Source: Aureispira sp.
Lineage (GTDB): Bacteria > Bacteroidota > Bacteroidia > Chitinophagales > Saprospiraceae
Reading direction: 5' to 3'
Assembly (NCBI GenBank): GCA_050633105.1
Contig: JBOEFW010000016.1
Location: 160,195 to 224,194, forward strand
DNA: 64,000 nucleotides
Both the position numbers and the translations under genes were made by a program. The notes under the pieces were generated by a model that saw only the letters and a list, made by a program, of their open reading frames with translations, ran no database searches and was not told the DNA's origin. Numbering within the stretch: the stretch's first letter is position 1; every line of letters begins with the position of its first letter. Shown piece by piece: positions 48,958 through 56,853 of the stretch.

Positions 48958-49944
48958 ATGCTACTACGTTATTTCTGGTATTTATTGTGGATAATTTGCC
49001 CTTTGGCGACGATTGGAGCACAAGCTCAAGTCACCATTCTGGCCGACAGTACAACTATGCTGATTGGAGATCCTTTGGGTATCCGTATCGTTGTGAATGT
49101 TCCTAGTGGAGCGCAAGTTGTTTTTCCAATTATTAGTGATGCCCTAGTGGAGGAAGAAGTGGTGGAAGTGTTGGAGCAAGGAGAGCGTCAATTTACTCAA
49201 GGAAAAGTAAACGACACTTACGAGCAACCTCTGGTACTCACCGCTTGGGAGCCAGGACAACAACAAGTGCCTGAGTTGGTTTTTAGTTATAAATACAAAA
49301 ACGAAGTACTAGAACTACGCTCTCTACCTTTTGTTTTCACGGCTGCTGCCCCCAAAGTGACAGGAGACAGTACCTATGTTGCTGATATTAAAACTATTCT
49401 AGCAGAAGAGCCCAATTTTTGGGATTATCTCACTCAGATTGTCTCCCACCCTATTGTACTTGTGCTCTTATTTTTACTGTTGGGATTCGGCGCCTTTTAT
49501 GCCTTTGTTTCGTATAAGAAAAACCTTAAAGAACGGTTAGAACGGCAAACGCCTGAACAATGGACCTTGGAGCAATTAGAGTTATTAGAGGCGCAGAATT
49601 ACCTCACACAAAATAAGTTTATTGCCTACCACACGGCCATTTCTTTGATCCTGAGAACTTATTTCCACAAACGTTTTAAAATAGAAGCACTAGAACAACC
49701 CAATAGTTATTTTTTGCCAAAGCTAGAACAACATCCCTTCCTGCAAGGCAGTAACTTGCAGGAAGAGTTGAGTACCGTCTTAAAACAGGCTGATTTAATC
49801 AAGTACGCCAAGGCCTCTCCTCTTCCTATTGCCAATGAAAAAGCCGCTAAAGTCATTCGCGATGTTGTAGCGGTTGTTCGTGCTTATTTGGTAGAAGCCG
49901 CCGCACGAGAAAAATCTGCCGCTCGTTCCTCTAAATCTGTTTAA
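48958..49944 (+). CDS. Bat-cluster membrane protein (signal peptide plus one central TM helix)
   Basis: The ATG directly abuts the DUF58 stop. It occupies the position of the unnamed membrane protein that precedes BatA in Bat clusters. Confidence 0.55.
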   Translation: MLLRYFWYLLWIICPLATIGAQAQVTILADSTTMLIGDPLGIRIVVNVPSGAQVVFPIISDALVEEEVVEVLEQGERQFTQGKVNDTYEQPLVLTAWEPGQQQVPELVFSYKYKNEVLELRSLPFVFTAAAPKVTGDSTYVADIKTILAEEPNFWDYLTQIVSHPIVLVLLFLLLGFGAFYAFVSYKKNLKERLERQTPEQWTLEQLELLEAQNYLTQNKFIAYHTAISLILRTYFHKRFKIEALEQPNSYFLPKLEQHPFLQGSNLQEELSTVLKQADLIKYAKASPLPIANEKAAKVIRDVVAVVRAYLVEAAAREKSAARSSKSV

Positions 49945-49946
49945 CA

Positions 49947-50948
49947 ATGACTGCTCAAGGAATAGAATTTGCTCAACCCTATATATTGCTACTGCTGCTC
50001 TTGTTGCCGCTTTTAGGCACTTATTATTATAAAAAACAACAAGAATATTATGCCACACTGCGGCTCTCTTCGACACAAGGTTTCTTAGAAGAAGACAGCT
50101 GGCGGGTCAAACTCCGTCCAGTGATACAGGTTTTGCAATTACTAGCCATTACTAGTTTAATCGTAGCACTCGCCCGCCCTCGATTAGTTTTGACGAAGGA
50201 AAACGTAGAGGTAGAAGGCATTGATATTATGATCTCCATGGATGTTTCTTCTTCTATGTTGGCCAAAGATTTTGATCCCAATCGTCTAGAAGTTTCCAAA
50301 GCAGTAGCTAAAGAATTTGTGAAAGCACGTACCCACGATCGTATTGGACTCATTGTCTTTTCAGGCGAAAGTTTCACCCAATGTCCTTTAACAACAGACC
50401 ACCAAGTGCTCAATATCTTTTTGGACAATATACAATCAGGCCTACTAAAACCAGGAACAGCTCTTGGAATGGGCTTAGCAACCGCCGTAAAAGGCTTAGA
50501 AGCAAGCAAGAGTAAATCTAAAATTGTTATTCTCTTAACAGATGGAGAAAACAATTCGGGTTATATTTCTCCAACACAAGCCATAGGCGTGGCACAAGAA
50601 TTTGACATTAAAGTGTACACTATTGGAGTTGGCACCAAAGGACAAGCACGAATGCCTAGCGGTATTCGTCCTGATGGCACCTATGCTTACCGCTGGATGC
50701 CTGTCAATATTGATGAAGATCTATTGACCAATATGGCGAAAGAAACAGGGGGGCAGTATTTTAGAGCCAAGGATTTAGAAGAGTTAAAAGCCATTTATGA
50801 TAAAATTGACATGTTGGAACGCAGTAAAATTGAGACCACAACCATCCGTAATTACAGCGAGCGCTTTCACTACTTAGTAGTAGCCGCTTTGATTTTTATC
50901 TTTCTACAACTGGTCTTGTCCAATACTATTTTTAAAACCATTGTCTAA
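49947..50948 (+). CDS. batA: VWA-domain membrane protein BatA
   Basis: Two N-terminal TM helices, a MIDAS motif (DVSSSM), LLTDGENN, and a C-terminal TM helix. Confidence 0.85.
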   Translation: MTAQGIEFAQPYILLLLLLLPLLGTYYYKKQQEYYATLRLSSTQGFLEEDSWRVKLRPVIQVLQLLAITSLIVALARPRLVLTKENVEVEGIDIMISMDVSSSMLAKDFDPNRLEVSKAVAKEFVKARTHDRIGLIVFSGESFTQCPLTTDHQVLNIFLDNIQSGLLKPGTALGMGLATAVKGLEASKSKSKIVILLTDGENNSGYISPTQAIGVAQEFDIKVYTIGVGTKGQARMPSGIRPDGTYAYRWMPVNIDEDLLTNMAKETGGQYFRAKDLEELKAIYDKIDMLERSKIETTTIRNYSERFHYLVVAALIFIFLQLVLSNTIFKTIV

Positions 50949-50957
50949 GCAGCAACT

Positions 50958-51968
50958 ATGTTTCACTTTGAAAATACGGCCTATTTTTACCTGCTGTTTC
51001 TCTTGCCTATTGCTATTGGCTTATTTATAGGAGCCATTTGGCAAACGCGTCAAATGCGAGCACATTTTGGTAATTTGCTAGGGTTAGAACGTTTAGCTCC
51101 TCATATTTCTACCTACAAACGTCCCATCAAATTTACCTTATTATTAGTTGCTTTTGTTTTGTTAACCATTGCTTTGGCCAACCCAAGAATGGGCAATACA
51201 ACGCAATCGGTTGAGCGAGAGGGAATCGATGTTTACTTGGCCTTAGATATTTCGCGCAGTATGTGGGCAGAAGATGTCCAACCCAATAGAATGGAACGCG
51301 CGCGTCAGTTTGGACAAAAACTAATCAATGAATTGCGGGGTGATCGCATTGGACTCCTTGTATTTGCAGGGTATCCTTATTTGCAAATGCCTTTAACAAC
51401 CGACTATGCCGCAGCCACTTCTTTTATACAAATTGCCAGCCCCAAATTAGACGTTACCCAAGGAACAGCCATTGAGTCTGCCATAGAAAAAGTAGTCGAC
51501 ATCAATCAAAAAGAGGGCGAAGAAAAACAGCGCGCTATCATTGTTATTACTGATGGTGAAAACCATGAGACCAATGCTCCACAAGCAGCACTAGCCGCCA
51601 AAGAAAAAGGAGTAACAACCTTTGTTGTTGGCATTGGAACAGAAGCAGGAGCTCCTATTCCTGTTAAAGAAGGGCGCTTTGCTCAATTTCAACGCGACAA
51701 ACAAGGCAATATCGTTCAGAGTAAAATGAATACGCCTTTGCTCCAAGAAATTGCCCAAAAAGGTGGTGGAAAATTTTACAAAGCCAATCAAAAAATAGAT
51801 TTAGTCTTAGCGCGTTTGAGCAATGAATTATCCAAATTAGAACGCTCTAGTTTTGAACAACAGGAATTTGATGTGTACGAAACGTATTATCAATATTTTG
51901 TAGCAGTAGCTTTACTCTTGTTATTGGTAGAATTTCTGATTAGTTATCGCAAGAGCAAGTGGTCTTAA
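50958..51968 (+). CDS. batB: VWA-domain membrane protein BatB
   Basis: MIDAS motif (DISRSM), VITDGENH and flanking TM helices. It is a paralog of BatA. Confidence 0.85.
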   Translation: MFHFENTAYFYLLFLLPIAIGLFIGAIWQTRQMRAHFGNLLGLERLAPHISTYKRPIKFTLLLVAFVLLTIALANPRMGNTTQSVEREGIDVYLALDISRSMWAEDVQPNRMERARQFGQKLINELRGDRIGLLVFAGYPYLQMPLTTDYAAATSFIQIASPKLDVTQGTAIESAIEKVVDINQKEGEEKQRAIIVITDGENHETNAPQAALAAKEKGVTTFVVGIGTEAGAPIPVKEGRFAQFQRDKQGNIVQSKMNTPLLQEIAQKGGGKFYKANQKIDLVLARLSNELSKLERSSFEQQEFDVYETYYQYFVAVALLLLLVEFLISYRKSKWS

Positions 51969-51971
51969 TCG

Positions 51972-52889
51972 TTACAAAAAACGCTTTTGTTGCTTGATTT
52001 TTAATTGATATTCTTTGGGAGAAAAGTGTTCTTTGCGCTTAAACATTCTAATGAAATAGGATAAACTATTGAAGCCACACTCCCAATAAATTTCCTTGAT
52101 TTTTTTGCAAGGATCTTGCAATAGACTTTTGGCAAGTTTTATCCGCTCATTATTAATAAAATCTATAGGGGATGTATTCAATTCATTCTTGAATACACGA
52201 TGAAAATTAGATTCACTCATGTAGATTTTATTGCTTAGCTTTTTGATGCTCAAATCTTTATTTAAATTCTGACGAATGTAGTTGATAATATACGCCAAAC
52301 GATGGTCACTGTTTAACGTAAGTGCTTTATTACTATAGATTTTGGTATTTTCTGTCTGCAAGATACGAATGATAAGCTCCTTTAGCATAAAGTCAGCAAA
52401 TACATCTTTGGAAGCGTGGTTCTCTGTGAATAAATAGAGTAAGCGGTAAATAATGCGCTGAATCGCTGTATCATTTGTGAAGTGAAAATTATAATCGACA
52501 AACGTCCATTCCTCATCGGCTTTACTTCGGCATTCATTAAGAAAAGTAACCGTCTCTTTGATCTTTTTCTCTGAAATTGTCATCGCCAAACAGCGTGTAG
52601 GTTGATCCAAACCAGCCTCTGGAAAATCAATACACATGGTCTCATCAGGGGGTAAAATAAGCGACTCTCCTGGCAAAAAATCAAAGGCATTCATCTCTTG
52701 AAGGTTCATTATCTTTTTCCCTTCCAACATATACGCTAATACAGGTTCAGTAAATGTCAATGCAACGTCATCCGCCTCTTGAAATGTCTCAAATACATGC
52801 ATTTCTGCATTCTGCAAAGCATAAGAAGTTTGATTCTCTACCAAGGTATAGAGTTGACGATTTCTGAGAAAATTATCCTTAAAAGACAT
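51972..52889 (-). CDS. AraC-family transcriptional regulator (cupin-like N-terminus)
   Basis: C-terminal double HTH (SIKKLSNKIYMSESNFHRVFK, ECGFNSLSYFIRMFK). Confidence 0.8.
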   Translation of the reverse strand: MSFKDNFLRNRQLYTLVENQTSYALQNAEMHVFETFQEADDVALTFTEPVLAYMLEGKKIMNLQEMNAFDFLPGESLILPPDETMCIDFPEAGLDQPTRCLAMTISEKKIKETVTFLNECRSKADEEWTFVDYNFHFTNDTAIQRIIYRLLYLFTENHASKDVFADFMLKELIIRILQTENTKIYSNKALTLNSDHRLAYIINYIRQNLNKDLSIKKLSNKIYMSESNFHRVFKNELNTSPIDFINNERIKLAKSLLQDPCKKIKEIYWECGFNSLSYFIRMFKRKEHFSPKEYQLKIKQQKRFL

Positions 52890-53139
52890 AGAGTATAGTT
52901 TAAAAACGGACGATAATTATTCTAAAGCAAAACCTATATTTTTTTCTTTTAAGTAGGTTATAAAAAGCTTTACTCAATAAGGCTTTTGTTGATTACGTGA
53001 GCTAACAAGCTGTTTAAAATAAGCAAAAGCTCCTAAAAGAAAAAATCTATCTCATTAGGAAAACCACTCTCCGTCTAATGTTGCAAGGATTCTTCAACTT
53101 TTTAATAGAATAAGGCAATTCCATCTCTTTTATAGTATT

Positions 53140-53147
53140 TAATTTTG
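53140..53147 (+). promoter_or_regulatory. candidate Bacteroidota -7 promoter box (TAnnTTTG)
   Basis: TAATTTTG lies 51 nt upstream of the aldehyde dehydrogenase ATG. No clear -33 TTTG partner was seen. Confidence 0.3.
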
Positions 53148-53197
53148 CATAAGGCCTCTAAAGCCAAATTTTAACAACTATCAAAACAGTAGATACT

Positions 53198-54721
53198 ATG
53201 AGTGATGTAATAGCAACACAGCAACCTGTACTTGAGAAGCCTATCTTCAAAAATCAGTATGAAAATTTCATAGGTGGTCAATGGATTGCGCCAACTAAAG
53301 GGCAGTATTTTGAGAACACTTCCCCTGTAGATGGACAAACCTTCACCAAAATTGCTCGCTCTACAGCAGCCGATGTTGAATTAGCCATCGATGCTGCTTG
53401 GGCAGCAGCCCCTCAATGGAACAATTCTTCCGCGACAGAACGCAGCAATATGCTTTTAAAAATTGCCCAAGTTATGGAGGATAACTTAGAAATATTGGCC
53501 CGAGCAGAAACTTGGGACAACGGCAAAGCTATTCGAGAAACCAGAGCTGCAGACATGCCCTTAGCCATTGATCATTTCCGTTATTTTGCAGGAGTAATTA
53601 GAGCAGAAGAAGGGAGTGTAAGCGAATTAGACCGTTCTACCGTTTCTTTAAATGTTCCTGAACCTCTAGGAGTCGTTGGTCAAATTATTCCTTGGAATTT
53701 TCCAATTTTAATGGCCGCTTGGAAAGTAGCTCCTGCATTGGCAGCAGGCAATTGTGTTGTGCTAAAACCCGCAGAGCAAACCCCTGTTGGTATTTTAATT
53801 TTAGCAGAGCTCATTGAAGGGATTTTACCCGATGGTGTCTTCAATATTGTTAGCGGATTTGGCTTAGAAGCAGGCAAACCTTTAGCCTCTAGTCCGCGCA
53901 TCAATAAAATTGCGTTTACTGGCGAAACAACAACAGGGCAGCTCATCATGCAATATGCTTCCAAAAACATTATTCCTGTTACCTTAGAATTAGGGGGGAA
54001 ATCTCCCAATATTTTCTTGGAGAGTATCATGGATGCAGATGATGAATTCTTTGACAAATGCATAGAAGGAGCGGTTATGTTTGCGCTCAATCAAGGAGAA
54101 GTCTGCACTTGTCCATCTCGTATTCTCATTCAAGAAAATATCTATGATGCCTTTATTGCCCGTGTGGTAGAACGAACCAAAGCGATTAAACAAGGACACC
54201 CTTTAGATCCAACTACGATGATGGGTGCACAGGCTTCTAACGACCAGTATGAGAAAATTCTACACTACATCAATATTGGAAAAGAAGAAGGATGTGATGT
54301 CTTAACAGGAGGAGCTGCCGCCATAAACGAAGGCTTAGAAGGCGGGTATTACATTCAGCCGACCCTTCTGAAAGGCAATAATAAAATGCGTGTTTTTCAA
54401 GAAGAAATCTTTGGTCCAGTTGCTTGTGTAACCACCTTCAAAGATGAAGCCGAAGCCATTGAAATTGCGAATGATACGCTCTATGGATTAGGGGCAGGCG
54501 TTTGGACAAGAGATATGCATCAAGCGTATCAAATATCTAGAGCCGTACAAGCAGGGCGTGTTTGGGTCAATTGTTATCATAATTACCCCGCTCATGCACC
54601 TTTTGGTGGCTACAAAAAATCAGGCATTGGACGAGAGAATCACAAGATGATGCTCAACCACTATCGTCAAACTAAGAACATGTTGATTTCATACGATAAA
54701 AAAGCGCTTGGCTTCTTCTAA
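53198..54721 (+). CDS. NAD(P)-dependent aldehyde dehydrogenase (AldB-like)
   Basis: ALDH motifs are present (ELGGKSP, catalytic Cys in [18 protein letters not shown]). The protein is 507 aa. Confidence 0.95.
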   Translation: MSDVIATQQPVLEKPIFKNQYENFIGGQWIAPTKGQYFENTSPVDGQTFTKIARSTAADVELAIDAAWAAAPQWNNSSATERSNMLLKIAQVMEDNLEILARAETWDNGKAIRETRAADMPLAIDHFRYFAGVIRAEEGSVSELDRSTVSLNVPEPLGVVGQIIPWNFPILMAAWKVAPALAAGNCVVLKPAEQTPVGILILAELIEGILPDGVFNIVSGFGLEAGKPLASSPRINKIAFTGETTTGQLIMQYASKNIIPVTLELGGKSPNIFLESIMDADDEFFDKCIEGAVMFALNQGEVCTCPSRILIQENIYDAFIARVVERTKAIKQGHPLDPTTMMGAQASNDQYEKILHYINIGKEEGCDVLTGGAAAINEGLEGGYYIQPTLLKGNNKMRVFQEEIFGPVACVTTFKDEAEAIEIANDTLYGLGAGVWTRDMHQAYQISRAVQAGRVWVNCYHNYPAHAPFGGYKKSGIGRENHKMMLNHYRQTKNMLISYDKKALGFF

Positions 54722-54801
54722 AAAAAAAATTCTATTGCCTTAGGTTCGCCAGTCTTTGTGGTATAGATTGGTGAGCCTATTTTTTTAATAAAAAATAAGT
54801 T

Positions 54802-55176
54802 ATGATAGCACGGGTATTAGTTACCGAACAAGCAACAACCATTATTGATCAATTAAGAGCAGAACATGGCCCTCTAATGTTTCATCAAAGCGGAGGGTGT
54901 TGTGATGGCTCTTCACCAATGTGTTTTCCTGTAGGAGAATTGCTACTCAATCAGCAAGATGTTTGGTTGGGTACCATTCATGATTGCCCTTTTTATATGT
55001 CCAAAGATCAGTTTGAATACTGGAAATACACACAATTAACATTGGATGTAGTGTCTGGTAGAGGAGCTAGTTTTTCCTTAGAAATTCCTTTAGGGGTTCG
55101 TTTCCTAATTATTTCTAGGCTCTTCTCAGAGGAAGAATTCCAACAATTGTCTCCGATTAAATGGGGCAAGGAATAA
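54802..55176 (+). CDS. DUF779-family protein (aldehyde dehydrogenase-associated)
   Basis: The HQSGGCCDGSSPMC motif and a position directly downstream of an ALDH are characteristic of this family. Confidence 0.75.
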   Translation: MIARVLVTEQATTIIDQLRAEHGPLMFHQSGGCCDGSSPMCFPVGELLLNQQDVWLGTIHDCPFYMSKDQFEYWKYTQLTLDVVSGRGASFSLEIPLGVRFLIISRLFSEEEFQQLSPIKWGKE

Positions 55177-55195
55177 TCTTCTTTTTCAAGAAGCC

Positions 55196-55573
55196 TTATT
55201 CTTCCATTTTGTACAGACTCATTCTCAGTGTATCTTCCGTTTCCATAGGAAAAACTAATTGGATGGTATCGTTCTTTAAGTCTAAAAGAGCCCTTATTTC
55301 TAGCGAGTCTTGTTGACTTCTAAAACTCAACCAATCCCCTTCTATACGGTACTCTCCTGTATCTTGATGAGCTTCATTCCCAAAGCGTCTATAGTGCTGT
55401 GTTCCATCAAACCAAAATCCATTCTCCTTTGTTGGATCACTACTTTTGCTAATGTCTTTGCCCCCATAATTAACGTTGTAAATTTTCCAATTGCCTTTTA
55501 AAGTACTTGCTTTGTCCTTTCCACAGGCCATCAATAAAGCGCCACAACAGATCAAACTTATTAGGTATTTCAT
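55196..55573 (-). CDS. small lipoprotein, lipocalin-like (tentative)
   Basis: Lipobox LLMACGK followed by a GNWKI start, as seen in lipocalin-like domains. Confidence 0.45.
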   Translation of the reverse strand: MKYLISLICCGALLMACGKDKASTLKGNWKIYNVNYGGKDISKSSDPTKENGFWFDGTQHYRRFGNEAHQDTGEYRIEGDWLSFRSQQDSLEIRALLDLKNDTIQLVFPMETEDTLRMSLYKMEE

Positions 55574-56013
55574 TTTTCTATGCGAGTTGTTTTGATAATT
55601 ATTTGGGGTGTTAATGTTTTATGCACAGGACATTTATCAGCAATCTTCATCAATCGTTTGATTTGTTGTTCGTCTAAATCGCCTTTTAGCTGAATTCGGC
55701 GCTCAATAATATCTACTTTTGCACTGGTCGCCTCACAATCCATGCAATCCTTGTAATAATCTTTGGAGTGGCGCAATTGCACTTCGACCCCTTCTAAAGG
55801 CCATTCTTTGCGTGTCGCATACATACGCATAGTTATTACGGTACACGCTCCCAAGCTAGACAATAAGTAATCATAAGGATTGGGTCCCTTATCACTGCCG
55901 CCTAAACTCTTAGGCTCATCGGCGATCAATTGATGTACTCCTGCCTGAATCGTAGTCAAAAAACCTTCTTGACCAATACTTACCCGTACTGGATAATTTT
56001 CCTCTGCACTCAT
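55570..56013 (-). CDS. OsmC/Ohr-family peroxiredoxin-like protein
   Basis: Conserved Cys contexts are present (LGACTVIT, DKCPVHKT). Its stop overlaps the next gene's start by 4 nt. Confidence 0.8.
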   Translation of the reverse strand: MSAEENYPVRVSIGQEGFLTTIQAGVHQLIADEPKSLGGSDKGPNPYDYLLSSLGACTVITMRMYATRKEWPLEGVEVQLRHSKDYYKDCMDCEATSAKVDIIERRIQLKGDLDEQQIKRLMKIADKCPVHKTLTPQIIIKTTRIEK

Positions 56014-56090
56014 TATTGCTCGTTTTAGTTGGGGATCTAATTCATAAAATAGTATTAATAATCACTCTATAAACTTAGCAAAAAATAGCG

Positions 56091-56771
56091 CTACAACTGG
56101 AGATGGGCTCTAATTTCTTGAAATTCTTTAGAAAAGGGCGCTTGGATACAAAGTCTTTTTTGAGTATAGGGATGAACAAATGCTAGTTGCTCCGCATGAA
56201 GCATCATTTTGGTCAAGCCAAATTGTTCTTTGAGCAGGCGGTTCTGCTTGTTGCAACCATGTGGTCGATCGCCCAAAATAGGATGGCGCAAATGGTTACA
56301 ATGCTTTCGAATCTGATGAAAACGCCCTGTTTTGGGAAAAGCCTGCACCAAACTATAACGCGAGGTCGAAAACTTCCCTGAAGCCCACGGCATCTCAGAT
56401 TGTCCTACCAATTTAAAACTGGTACAAGCTTCTTGCTCTTTGCCTCGATCGTTCACCAACGGCTTTTCTACCAATACTTGACTAGGAAAATGCCCTCGTA
56501 CCAAAGCATAATAGGTCTTTTGTGTCGTTTCTTCTTGCCACTGCGCCTGCGCTGCTTTAGTCGCTTCTCCACTCAACCCAAACAATAAAACGCCCGATGT
56601 TTTACGATCCAATCGATGGACTAAATGCACCAACTGTCCCAATTGGTCGCGCAAAAGTTGCAAAGCAAACTCAGTCGCGTCATTTGCTATTTTGCTTCGG
56701 TGAACGAGTAAACCGTGGGGCTTGTTGATAGCGACGTAGTGATCGTCTTGGTAGAGGATGGGGAGTGGCAT
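56091..56771 (-). CDS. RluA-family pseudouridine synthase (TruC-like, no S4 domain)
   Basis: Catalytic motif HRLDRKTSGVLLF. The protein is 226 aa. Confidence 0.85.
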   Translation of the reverse strand: MPLPILYQDDHYVAINKPHGLLVHRSKIANDATEFALQLLRDQLGQLVHLVHRLDRKTSGVLLFGLSGEATKAAQAQWQEETTQKTYYALVRGHFPSQVLVEKPLVNDRGKEQEACTSFKLVGQSEMPWASGKFSTSRYSLVQAFPKTGRFHQIRKHCNHLRHPILGDRPHGCNKQNRLLKEQFGLTKMMLHAEQLAFVHPYTQKRLCIQAPFSKEFQEIRAHLQL

Positions 56772-56853
56772 TTGTTTTTTTATTAAAAATTTATTATCTT
56801 ACTAAAAAAATTAAATTATAAAAACAATAGTAAGTTTTTCACAAAAAATTAGG

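Noticed and set aside
50048-50554. A 168-aa minus-strand ORF inside batA. Similar antisense ORFs occur inside the aldehyde dehydrogenase (53680-54199), nadE (60430-60813), mreB (24595-24923) and mrdA (20518-20847) genes.
   Set aside because: All lie antisense within strongly supported conserved genes and show no motifs. They are typical shadow ORFs.
56798-56834. Inverted repeat cttacta...tagtaag just upstream of the RT gene, considered as a retron msr/msd or DRT-type non-coding RNA.
   Set aside because: The arms are only 7 bp, AT-rich, and separated by 23 nt inside an 82-nt intergenic gap. There are no long a1/a2 repeats and no conserved G branch context. The RT also lacks the retron VTG-type region. 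It is more likely promoter-region noise in AT-rich DNA.
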